From an uncultured Collinsella sp. (GTDB lineage: Bacteria; Actinomycetota; Coriobacteriia; Coriobacteriales; Coriobacteriaceae): a stretch of DNA of 64,000 bases. Location: contig CAJMEW010000001.1 of the NCBI GenBank assembly GCA_905212545.1, positions 21,345 to 85,344 of the forward strand, in the 5' to 3' direction. Made by a program: the position numbers and the translations under genes. Of the stretch, positions 10,335 through 19,007 are shown piece after piece (within the stretch, counting starts at the first letter, position 1; the number at the start of each line of letters is the position of its first letter). The notes beneath the pieces are model-generated. The model saw only the letters and a list, made by a program, of their open reading frames with translations, made no database searches and was not told where the DNA came from.

Positions 10335-11552
10335 GTGCCTATCCACATCGTTGAGGAAGCAAATCGCTGTCTGGGCTGCAAAAAGGCGTTCTGTCAAATC
10401 AAGGGCTGTCCGGTGCAGACGCCCATTCCGCAGGTTATCGACCTCTTTAAGCAGCGCCGTCTGCAAGAGGCGGGCGAGCTGCTGTTCCAGAACAATCCCA
10501 TGAGCGCGGTCTGCTCCGTGGTGTGCAACCATTCGGGCCAGTGCGAGGGTGCTTGCATCCAGGGCCGCAAGGGCACACCCGTGCATTTCTCGAGCATCGA
10601 GAACTATATCTCCACGGCGTATTTGGACCGCAAAGAGTGGAGACCCGCGCCGTCGCGCGGCAAGCAGGTCGCCGTGGTCGGCTCCGGCCCAGCCGGCATT
10701 ACCGTGGCAATTAAGATGGCGCAGCTGGGTTGCGCCGTCACTGTTTTTGAGCAGCGGCCCGAGATCGGCGGTGTGCTGGAATACGGTATCCCCGAGTTCC
10801 GCCTGCCCCGTGCGCTCGTGCAAAAGTACCGTCATGTGATGTGCTCGCTTGGCGTGCGCGTGCGCCCCTCGACCACCATCGGCGGTGCGCTCCACATCGA
10901 CGACCTGCTGCGCGACGGCTACGATGCGGTCTTTGTCGGTACTGGTACCTGGCGAGCTCGAAAGCTGGGTATTCCCGGCGAGTCGCGCGGCAACGTGCTG
11001 TTTGGCATCGACTACCTCGTTGACCCCACGAGCGTGGCGATCGGGCAGAACGTGGCGGTTATCGGCGCCGGCAATGTGGCCATGGATGTTGCCCGCACGG
11101 CCCTGCGCTCGGGTGCTCGCAAGGTTACCGTGTACGCCCGATCGCGCCATATCTCTGCCATCGATGACGAGGTGGAGCTGACCGAGCTTGACGGTGCCGA
11201 GATTGTGTGCGGCAAGGCGATCTGCGCCATCGACGACAACGGTCCGGTGTTCGAGACGGCTATCTTTGACGAGGACAACAACGTGGTGGGCTACGAGGAA
11301 GAACTCGACCACGTGTCCGCCGACACGGTTGTGATTGCGGCGTCTCAAGTGCCCAAGGACAAGCTCGTGCTTACAACGGGCGGTCTGGAGACCGACCATC
11401 GCGGCCTGCTTTCGGTCGACGAGTATGGCATGACTACCGTGCCTGGCGTCTTTGCCGCCGGCGACGTGGTCAACGGCCCGCTCACCGTGGTTCATGCCGT
11501 AGCTGGTGCCAAACTCGCCGTCGAAGGTATGATTGCCTACCTGGGCCTCTAA
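10335..11552 (+). CDS. GltD-like FAD/NAD(P)H oxidoreductase (glutamate synthase small-subunit / DPD PreT-like) with N-terminal 2x[4Fe-4S] motifs
   Basis: CLGCKKAFCQIKGCP and CSVVCNHSGQCEGACIQG cysteine clusters, GSGPAG and GAGNVAMD Rossmann motifs. Start chosen at GTG 10335 after GAGGGGAA; the start is uncertain. Confidence 0.7.
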   Translation: MPIHIVEEANRCLGCKKAFCQIKGCPVQTPIPQVIDLFKQRRLQEAGELLFQNNPMSAVCSVVCNHSGQCEGACIQGRKGTPVHFSSIENYISTAYLDRKEWRPAPSRGKQVAVVGSGPAGITVAIKMAQLGCAVTVFEQRPEIGGVLEYGIPEFRLPRALVQKYRHVMCSLGVRVRPSTTIGGALHIDDLLRDGYDAVFVGTGTWRARKLGIPGESRGNVLFGIDYLVDPTSVAIGQNVAVIGAGNVAMDVARTALRSGARKVTVYARSRHISAIDDEVELTELDGAEIVCGKAICAIDDNGPVFETAIFDEDNNVVGYEEELDHVSADTVVIAASQVPKDKLVLTTGGLETDHRGLLSVDEYGMTTVPGVFAAGDVVNGPLTVVHAVAGAKLAVEGMIAYLGL

Positions 11553-11567
11553 CTCCATCCCGCCCAT

Positions 11568-11639
11568 CAGTTGCGGTGAAATACGGACTGTTTTGGCTGT
11601 CAAAGGCCTTATCTACTCCGTATTCCGCCGCAACTTTTT
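11568..11639. repeat. Family-1 hairpin repeat (arms AGTTGCGGTGAAATACGGA / TCCGTATTCCGCCGCAACT), copy 1
   Basis: ~20-bp inverted arms with a single wobble, 30-nt loop, T5 tail. Sits after the GltD-like gene. The same arm sequence recurs at 27784 and 28642. Confidence 0.8.
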
Positions 11640-11752
11640 GTGGGAATTGGATTAAAGGCGGGGGAGTGCGAGCGGGTACGGACGCGGCGGTTGCTGATAC
11701 GATAAGTACGTTAGCAACTGCCGCCGAGCGGCTTAAACGAAAGGAAGCCTGT

Positions 11753-13702
11753 ATGGAGTCATCCGCCTACCCGATGCTCTTTAGCCCGATCAAGGTCGGT
11801 ACGACCGAGGTCAAGAACCGCGTCTTTATGCCGCCGGTGTCCACCAACCTGGCCGATCATGGCTATGTGACTGACGACTTGGTCGATCATTACCGTGCCC
11901 GTGCCAAGGGCGGCGTGGGCCTCATCATCACCGAGGTCGTGACGGTCGAGCCTACCTATACCTATCTGCCGGGTGACATGTGCTGCTACGACGACACGTT
12001 TATCCCCGGCTGGGAAAAGCTCGCCGCGGCCGTCCACGAGTACGGCTGCAAGATCATGCCGCAGCTCTTCCACCCCGCCTACATGGCCTTTAACATTCCG
12101 GGCACGCCGCGCCTGATCGCTCCGTCTTTTGTGGGCCCGTCCTATGCCCGCGAGGCACCGCGCCCCATCACGGTCGATGAGATCCACGAGCTCACGCACC
12201 AGTTTGGCGACGCTGCCGTGCGTATGCAGAAGGCCGGCGTCGATGGCGTCGAGGTCCATGCGGCGCACGCCCACGGTATGCTCGGCGGCTTTTTGACTCC
12301 GCTCTACAACAAGCGCACCGACGAGTACGGCGGCTCGCTCGACGCCCGCATGCGCTTCCTGCTCGAGGTCATCGCCGAGATTCGCGAGCGCTGCGGCAAG
12401 GACTTTATCATCGACGTCCGCATCTCGGGCGATGAGTACACCGATGGCGGCCTGACCCTCAACGACATGATTTACGTCTCGCGTCGCCTGGAGAAGGCCG
12501 GCGTCGACATGATTCACGTGTCGGGCGGCACCACCATCAAGCGTGGCTCCGCGATTCCCGCCGCCGGTACCCAGCAGGCCTCGCACGCCGCCTGCTCGCG
12601 CGAGATCAAAAAGCACGTCAACATTCCCGTCGCCACGGTCGGTCGCATTAACGAGGCCTGGATTGCCGAGGAGCTGATCGAGGACGGTGCCGCCGACATC
12701 TGCATGATGGGCCGCGCCAATCTGTGCGATGCCGAGTTCTGCAACAAGGCCGCTGCCGGCAACGCCGACGACATCCGCCCCTGCATTGGCTGCCTGCGCT
12801 GCCTGAACGGCATTATGTTTGGCAAGCGTATCTCCTGCACCGTCAACCCCGATGTTGAGCGCGACGAGGCCGGTTACGAGCCTGCCGCCGAGGCCAAGAA
12901 CGTACTGGTTGTGGGCGCCGGTCCTGCGGGCATGGAGGCAGCCTACATTGCCGCCAAGCGCGGTCACAACGTAGTGCTCGTGGATAAGCAGGATGAGCCG
13001 GGCGGCGAGATGCGTATCGCGGCCGTTCCGCCAGCAAAGCAGGAGCTCACCCGCGTGATCAAGTATCAGTACCGTCGTCTGGCCGAGGCGGGCGTGAAGT
13101 GCATATTTGGCACCGAGCTTACTGCCGAGGACATTCAGCGCGACTATGCCGGCTATGAGGTCGTCCTGGCTTATGGCGCCGAGCCCATCGCTCCGGCCTT
13201 CATGCAGGGCTTTAAGCAGGTTATGACGGCTGACGACCTGCTTGGTGGCAAGGCTTTCCCGGGCAAGAAGATCGTCATTGTGGGCGGCGGCACCGTTGGC
13301 TGCGAGACGGCAGATTACCTGGCCCCGCTGGTCAACGACCTGTCGCCGGCCAATCGCGATGTCACCGTCATCGAGATGACCAAGACGCTCGCCGCCAACG
13401 AGGGCGGTGCTGGTCGCGCGGTGCTCATCACGCGCATGCTCTCAAAGGGCGTCCACGTGCTGACCGAGGCCAAGGTGACCGAGATTACCGAGGACGCCAT
13501 CAGCTACGAGAAGGATGGCGAGGTCCACACCATCGCCGCTGCCGATACGCTGGTGCTTGCCATGGGCTATCGTCCCAATACCAAGTTGGCCGACGACCTT
13601 GCCGCTGCCGGTGTTGCCACCCACGTGTTGGGTGACGCCAACAAGTGCGGCAACATTCGCGACGCCATCGGCGACGGCTACAAGGTTGCCTGCGAACTCT
13701 AG
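11753..13702 (+). CDS. Old-Yellow-Enzyme-family NADH:flavin oxidoreductase fused to an FAD/NAD(P)-binding domain (enoate reductase / 2,4-dienoyl-CoA reductase-like)
   Basis: N-terminal TIM-barrel OYE motifs (GLIITE, HAAHAHGML), a CxxC..C cluster (CIGCLRCLNG), and C-terminal GAGPAG and GGGTVG dinucleotide-binding motifs. AAGGAAG RBS before ATG 11753. Confidence 0.8.
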   Translation: MESSAYPMLFSPIKVGTTEVKNRVFMPPVSTNLADHGYVTDDLVDHYRARAKGGVGLIITEVVTVEPTYTYLPGDMCCYDDTFIPGWEKLAAAVHEYGCKIMPQLFHPAYMAFNIPGTPRLIAPSFVGPSYAREAPRPITVDEIHELTHQFGDAAVRMQKAGVDGVEVHAAHAHGMLGGFLTPLYNKRTDEYGGSLDARMRFLLEVIAEIRERCGKDFIIDVRISGDEYTDGGLTLNDMIYVSRRLEKAGVDMIHVSGGTTIKRGSAIPAAGTQQASHAACSREIKKHVNIPVATVGRINEAWIAEELIEDGAADICMMGRANLCDAEFCNKAAAGNADDIRPCIGCLRCLNGIMFGKRISCTVNPDVERDEAGYEPAAEAKNVLVVGAGPAGMEAAYIAAKRGHNVVLVDKQDEPGGEMRIAAVPPAKQELTRVIKYQYRRLAEAGVKCIFGTELTAEDIQRDYAGYEVVLAYGAEPIAPAFMQGFKQVMTADDLLGGKAFPGKKIVIVGGGTVGCETADYLAPLVNDLSPANRDVTVIEMTKTLAANEGGAGRAVLITRMLSKGVHVLTEAKVTEITEDAISYEKDGEVHTIAAADTLVLAMGYRPNTKLADDLAAAGVATHVLGDANKCGNIRDAIGDGYKVACEL

Positions 13703-13726
13703 TCAACCCCTTTGCGCCAATCGATT

Positions 13727-13776
13727 GCAAAAAGCGGCGGCTGCCCTGTGTGTTGGGCAGCCGCCGCCTGCGTTTT
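13727..13776. terminator. Bidirectional terminator between the OYE gene and GntR gene
   Basis: A-run, then GCGGCGGCTGCCC-tgtgtgtt-GGGCAGCCGCCGC, then CGTTTT. Located between convergent genes. Confidence 0.65.
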
Positions 13777-13801
13777 GCCAAAGAAAGATTATTGTCGGGC
13801 C

Positions 13802-14494
13802 CTAAATGCCTTTTGCTTCTGCTCCCTCCGCAATCATGTTGCGGTTATACACCAGGTGCAGATACATCGCGTCGTGCGCCGCGGTGGGATTGCGCGAGGC
13901 GATGGCGTCGGCCACATCGCGGTGCGTGCGGATAGTTTCCTCGACGAGCTTTTTGCCGGTCACGTCGATAAAGAGGGGGACGGATGCCTTGAACACGCCC
14001 ATCAGGCGGGGAACGACGAGGTTTCCGGAGCTCTCGGCAATGGCATTGTGGAACGCGGTGTCGGCGGCGGAGTAATCCTCACCGGCCTCGGCCAGGCGCT
14101 CGGATTCGTCGCAGAGCTCTTTGATACAGGCGACCTGGTCGTTGGTTGCGTGTTCGGCCGCCATGCGTGCTATCTGCGGCTCGATCATAAAGCGCACCTC
14201 GAGTAGGTCGCGCGCCAGACGCTGCTTGTCGTCGATAAAGGTAAAGCCCAGCGGGTCGTCGGCAACGCCGGGGTTTGACGCCACATAGGTGCCCGAACCC
14301 TGCTTAATGCGCACGATATTGCGCGACTGCAGCAACTTCATGGCCTCGCGCACGGTGCTCCTGCCGGCGCCCAAGCGCTCGACCAGCACGGTTTCCTTGG
14401 GCAGGCGATCGCCTTGCTCAAGGTGTTCATCCAGAATCAATTGAATGATTTTCTCCGATATTTGCTCGGGGAGTCCCGATTCGGCGCGGGCCAT
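13802..14494 (-). CDS. GntR-family (FadR/FCD subfamily) transcriptional regulator
   Basis: N-terminal wHTH (ISEKIIQLILDEHLEQGDRLPKETVLVERLGAGRSTVREAMKLL) and C-terminal FCD domain. Divergent from the gntP-dehydratase operon. ATG 14494 preferred over 14521 because of an AAAGG RBS. Confidence 0.8.
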   Translation of the reverse strand: MARAESGLPEQISEKIIQLILDEHLEQGDRLPKETVLVERLGAGRSTVREAMKLLQSRNIVRIKQGSGTYVASNPGVADDPLGFTFIDDKQRLARDLLEVRFMIEPQIARMAAEHATNDQVACIKELCDESERLAEAGEDYSAADTAFHNAIAESSGNLVVPRLMGVFKASVPLFIDVTGKKLVEETIRTHRDVADAIASRNPTAAHDAMYLHLVYNRNMIAEGAEAKGI

Positions 14495-14619
14495 AACTAT
14501 ACCTTTCATTACAAAATTCATCTGAGCTATTTTAGCGCACCACGGATGCGATATTGGCCGCTGGATTTGAGTCGGGCGGCTTAGATATACCGTTCGCAGC
14601 GCAAATACGACCGTTTACC

Positions 14620-14638
14620 AAATACATCAGATGTATTT
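14620..14638. promoter_or_regulatory. Perfect palindrome AAATACATC-A-GATGTATTT (candidate GntR operator)
   Basis: 9-bp perfect arms in the AT-rich divergent intergenic region between the GntR gene and gntP. Confidence 0.45.
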
Positions 14639-14687
14639 CGAACAAATTCCAAAATGAAACATCAGACCTTTCCAAAACACGCTATAG

Positions 14688-14716
14688 TCATCAGACGAAT
14701 TCAAAAGGTCTGATGA
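14688..14716. promoter_or_regulatory. Inverted repeat TCATCAGAC-n11-GTCTGATGA overlapping a TATAGT -10-like hexamer
   Basis: 9-bp perfect IR. A third direct ACATCAGAC copy lies at 14659. The repeat sits 13 bp upstream of the gntP start. Confidence 0.45.
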
Positions 14717-14728
14717 ATTGGAGGAAAG

Positions 14729-16090
14729 ATGTCAGACCCAACGTTTATGGCCGACCCCACCAGGCTGGTCATCGCCGCTATCGTGGGCATCGCGCTGCTG
14801 CTTGCGCTCATCATTAAGTTCAAGCTGCATCCTGTGCTTTCGATGATGGTCTCGGCGCTCGCGATCGGCATCGGCGCCGGTATGCCGCTCGACCTGGTGG
14901 CGGACACTGTCACCAAGGGCGTGGGAACCACGCTGCAAAACATCGCCCTGCTCATTGGCCTCGGCTCGATGTTTGGCCAGATTCTTGAGGAGAGCGGCGG
15001 CGCCAAGAAGATCGCCCAGACCTTCATCGATACCTTTGGGCAGGGTCATTCCAGCTGGGCGCTGGGCATTACCGGTCTGGTTATCGGCACTACGGTGTTC
15101 TTTGAGGCGGGCGTAGTCGTTTTGATTCCGCTTGCGTTTAGCGTGGCATCGCAGACCAAAAAGTCGACGCTCTACTACGGCATCGCGCTGCTCGCAGGAC
15201 TTGCCGCTGGCTATGCGTTTGTGCCGCCATCGGCCGGTTCGGTTCTGGTCGCCGGCACGCTCGGTGTCGACCTGGGCACCATGATTCTCGTTGGTATCCC
15301 TACCGCCTTCATCGCCATGGCGATCGCCGGCGTCATCTGGGGTCGCAACGTGGGCGGTCGCATTTTTACCGATGTTCCGGAGCACTTTACCTCTGCCGAG
15401 GGTGCGAGCGACGAAAAGGAGCTTCCCTCCTTTGGCATGGTGCTTGCCATCGTGCTCACGCCGCTTTGTCTGATTTTGCTGGGCACGTTGTCCTCTTATA
15501 TCCCCATGCCCGCCGAGCTCGCCTCGATTCTCGCCTTCCTGGGCAAGCCGTTCGTCGCTTTGACGCTCGCCACGCTCGTCGCGATGTATCTGCTGGGCGC
15601 GCGCCGCGGCTACTCCGGCGCCGAGCTCAAGGCCCTGCTCGACCGCTCTCTTAAGCCCGTCGGCATGATCTTGTTGGTTATTGCCTGTGGCGGCGTCATT
15701 CGCTGGATGCTGCAAGACTGCGGCTTGGGCCAGGTTATCGGCCCTATGCTCGAGGCCTCACCGCTGCCTTTGGTGGTCGTTGCCTTTTTGATTGCCGTCA
15801 TGGTGCGTGCCTCTGTCGGCAGCTCCATCGTCGCTATGACCATGGCATCGGGCATTATGGCCGCCATGCCTGCGGTCGCTGGTGCTTCGGTGCTCATGCG
15901 TGCCGCTATCTGTCTTGCCATCTGCGGCGGTGCCACGGCCCTCTCGCACGTCAACGATGCCGGTTTTTGGATGTGCTCCTCGTTCCTGGAGATTGACGAG
16001 AAGACCACCCTCAAGTCCTGGACCGTTATGGAGACGCTCATCGGCCTTTCGGGTCTTGTCTGCGCCTTGGTGATTTCGTTCTTCGCCTAG
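14729..16090 (+). CDS. gntP: GntP-family gluconate/sugar-acid:H+ symporter
   Basis: 453 aa, ~12-14 TM, characteristic GntP N-terminus (LLLALIIKFKLHPVLSMMVSALAIGIGAGMP). GGAGGAAAG RBS. Confidence 0.85.
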   Translation: MSDPTFMADPTRLVIAAIVGIALLLALIIKFKLHPVLSMMVSALAIGIGAGMPLDLVADTVTKGVGTTLQNIALLIGLGSMFGQILEESGGAKKIAQTFIDTFGQGHSSWALGITGLVIGTTVFFEAGVVVLIPLAFSVASQTKKSTLYYGIALLAGLAAGYAFVPPSAGSVLVAGTLGVDLGTMILVGIPTAFIAMAIAGVIWGRNVGGRIFTDVPEHFTSAEGASDEKELPSFGMVLAIVLTPLCLILLGTLSSYIPMPAELASILAFLGKPFVALTLATLVAMYLLGARRGYSGAELKALLDRSLKPVGMILLVIACGGVIRWMLQDCGLGQVIGPMLEASPLPLVVVAFLIAVMVRASVGSSIVAMTMASGIMAAMPAVAGASVLMRAAICLAICGGATALSHVNDAGFWMCSSFLEIDEKTTLKSWTVMETLIGLSGLVCALVISFFA

Positions 16091-16189
16091 TCGGGCTATT
16101 TACGCCGGGCCGTGCGCCCGGCACCAACAAACACAAGATTCATTAACCAACGATTGGTACAACCGTTCAAACCAAAAGAGGAGAACATC

Positions 16190-17968
16190 ATGGACGAAAA
16201 GACCAAGGCACAGATTCAGCAGGAGGCCGCCGACTTGGTTGCCAAGCTGCAGCCGCGTTCCGGCAAGTTCCGCACCATCAGCCCCGAGATGGACCCGCTG
16301 CGTCTGGGGTCTGGCTGGACCATCGAGGATCTGGACAAGCCGCAGGTCATTATCGAGTCGACGTTTGGCGACTCGCACCCGGGTTCTGCTGGCCTGTTTG
16401 AGCTGGTCGAGGAGGTCCGTGCTGGCGTTGCCGAGGCTGGTGGCCACGGTGCCCGTTACTTCTGCACCGATATCTGCGACGGCGAGGCCCAGGGCCACGA
16501 TGGCATCAACTACTCGCTGCCCAGCCGCGACATGATCGCCAACATGATCGAGATTCATGCCAAGGCCACCCCGTTCGACGCCGGCGTCTTTGTCGCCAGC
16601 TGCGATAAGGGCCTGCCTGCGAACCTCATGGCCATGGGCCGCATCAACATCCCCTCCATTGTCGTTACCGGCGGTGTCATGGATGCCGGCCCCGATCTGT
16701 TGACCCTGGAGCAGCTCGGCGCGATTTCTGCTCGCTACGAGCGCGGCGAGATCTCCCGCGAGGAGCTCGAGTTCGCCAAGCACAACGCCTGCCCCAGCTG
16801 CGGCGCCTGCTCCTTTATGGGCACCGCCTCGACCATGCAGGTTACCGCCGAGGCCCTGGGCCTCATGCTCCCCGGTACCGCCCTGCTGCCCGCTACCAGC
16901 TCCGACCTGCGCGAGTTTGCCCGCGAGGCCGGCCGCCAGTCCGTGTGGCTCTCCGAGCACAACCTGTGCCCGCGCGACATCGTGACCAAGGAGTCCTTCG
17001 AGAACCTCATCATGGTCCACGGTGCCATCTCCGGCTCAACCAACTCGCTGCTGCACATCCCCGCGATCGCCCGCGAGTTTGGCATCGAGATGTCCGCCGA
17101 CGATTTCGATCGCCTGCACCGTGGCGCCCACTACCTGCTCAACGTTCGCCCCGCAGGCGAGTGGCCGGCGCAGTTCTTCTACTATGCGGGCGGCGTGCCG
17201 CGCATCATGGAGGAGATCAAGTCGATGCTTCACCTCGATGTTATGACCGTCACCGGCAAGACTCTCGGCGAGAACCTCGAGGACCTCAAGAACAACGGCT
17301 ATTACGAGAAGTGCGGTCGTTACCTTGAGAAGTGGAATCTCAAGCGCGAGGACATCATCCGTCCGTTTGACCAGGCCTTCGGCACCGACGGCTCTATCGC
17401 CATCCTCCACGGCAACCTTGCCCCCGAGGGCGCGGTCGTCAAGCACACGGTTGTTCCGCGCGAGATGTTCCAGGCCACGCTTAAGGCTCGCCCGTTCGAT
17501 TGCGAGGAGGATGCTATCCACGCCGTCCTGACGCACGAGGTCAAGCCCGGCGATGCCGTCATCATTCGCTATGAGGGCCCCAAGGGTTCCGGTATGCCCG
17601 AGATGTTCTACACCACCGAGGCTATCGCCAGCGACCCCGAGCTGGGCGCGAGCATTGCCCTGATCACCGACGGCCGCTTCTCCGGCGCCTCCAAGGGCCC
17701 GGCTATCGGTCATGTCTCGCCCGAGGCTGCCGTGGGCGGCCCGATTGCCCTGATCGAGGAGGGCGACCTTATCCAGATCAACATCCCCGAGCGCTCGCTG
17801 TCCATCGTGGGCATCGCCGGCAAGGAGATGGAGCCGGCCGAGGTCGACGCCGTCCTGGCCGAGCGCCGAGCCGCTTGGAAGCCCAAGGCTAATCGCTATA
17901 CCTCCGGCACGCTCAAGTTCTTTACCGAGCATGCAGTTTCCGCCATTCAGGGTGGCTACATGGAGTAG
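16190..17968 (+). CDS. IlvD/EDD-family sugar-acid dehydratase (probable gluconate/aldonate dehydratase)
   Basis: Fe-S ligand motif CPSCGACSFMGTASTMQ, CDKGLPANLMA, C-terminal GPKGSGMPEM. 592 aa. Co-oriented 99 bp downstream of gntP. Confidence 0.8.
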   Translation: MDEKTKAQIQQEAADLVAKLQPRSGKFRTISPEMDPLRLGSGWTIEDLDKPQVIIESTFGDSHPGSAGLFELVEEVRAGVAEAGGHGARYFCTDICDGEAQGHDGINYSLPSRDMIANMIEIHAKATPFDAGVFVASCDKGLPANLMAMGRINIPSIVVTGGVMDAGPDLLTLEQLGAISARYERGEISREELEFAKHNACPSCGACSFMGTASTMQVTAEALGLMLPGTALLPATSSDLREFAREAGRQSVWLSEHNLCPRDIVTKESFENLIMVHGAISGSTNSLLHIPAIAREFGIEMSADDFDRLHRGAHYLLNVRPAGEWPAQFFYYAGGVPRIMEEIKSMLHLDVMTVTGKTLGENLEDLKNNGYYEKCGRYLEKWNLKREDIIRPFDQAFGTDGSIAILHGNLAPEGAVVKHTVVPREMFQATLKARPFDCEEDAIHAVLTHEVKPGDAVIIRYEGPKGSGMPEMFYTTEAIASDPELGASIALITDGRFSGASKGPAIGHVSPEAAVGGPIALIEEGDLIQINIPERSLSIVGIAGKEMEPAEVDAVLAERRAAWKPKANRYTSGTLKFFTEHAVSAIQGGYME

Positions 17969-18145
17969 CGCCCATGCGCATCAAATATCTCCTCTCATAG
18001 ATGCGCGGCACAAAGAGCCTCGAGTTCAGCCACGTCACCGGGGCGCGTTGTTCAGCGCCGCCGGGGCGCTCCACTCAAACGACAAGAGACGTCTTACGCA
18101 AGCGCCCGCGTCCGTGGATAAAACCACGGGCGTGGGCGCTTCACT

Positions 18146-18487
18146 TTATTCCCAGCCCTTCCACACGTCAGGCTCGTAGCCAACGGTTGCCTGGCGGCCG
18201 TTGCGAACGATGGGCTCACGAAGAATCTGCTGGTTATCGAGCACCTTTTCGAACTTCTGGTCGGCAGCAAGATACTGTACGAGCGCAACCGTGTCGGCAT
18301 CTTTCGCCTTTGGATCGATCACAGCGTCGATCCCGCCGACGGCGCGCGCCACGCTTTCGAGCTCGCCTTTGCTCATCCCCTTTTCCTTCAAGTCGATGAA
18401 CTGGAACTTCACACGACGTTCCTTGAAATAGCGCTGCGCCTTCTTAGTATCGAAGCTTTTCTTCGTGCCGAATATCTGGATGTTCAT
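18146..18487 (-). CDS. ArsC/Spx-family protein (YffB-like thioredoxin-fold)
   Basis: 113 aa. MNIQIFGTKKSFDTKKAQRYFKERRV N-terminus with the family's signature layout. GAAGGCGG RBS. Confidence 0.7.
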   Translation of the reverse strand: MNIQIFGTKKSFDTKKAQRYFKERRVKFQFIDLKEKGMSKGELESVARAVGGIDAVIDPKAKDADTVALVQYLAADQKFEKVLDNQQILREPIVRNGRQATVGYEPDVWKGWE

Positions 18488-19007
18488 ACGTACCGCCTTC
18501 GCTCAATTCTCGTCCGTCCATGATACGACAAGGGAGCCGAGCAAAATCAGAGCAGGCGGAGATGGAGGAGGACGGCGACCGACCGTCGGCAAGAGTCGGC
18601 CGGATCGGACTGGCGCCCAGCGCGCGCCGGCGACACGCTCGCAGCTGCACACATAGCCGATGTACAAGCTCGCCGCGGCGTTCCCTCGCCCCGCGGTGTG
18701 GCGATAGAGAAGCACGCCACCCGTCAACGATGGCGCCTCGGTGAAGAAAATCAACGTCTGGGTTACATCCCTTGAAAGGGGCGAAGACGGCTGCTAGAAT
18801 GCCTCCCCGCTATGAAGGATTTGACCAAAGCATACATCGCAATTCGGCGGCCCCTGGTATACGGGGCCTCTCCTGTTGTTCCCCAAGTGCGCTCTGAGCA
18901 GCCGCTTTCTTCCTGTCGTATCTGATGCACGCATAGCACGTGCATGTTATTTCGCCCGTGGGCCGGCGCGCCTTCGGCGAAGAATCGAATAGATACGAAG
19001 GAAGCTT

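Noticed and set aside
11576-11752. Track ORF extends the OYE gene to 11576 (MKYGLFWLSK...)
   Set aside because: The extension is translated from the Family-1 hairpin repeat and its T-tail. A proper RBS and start with the conserved N-terminus are at 11753.
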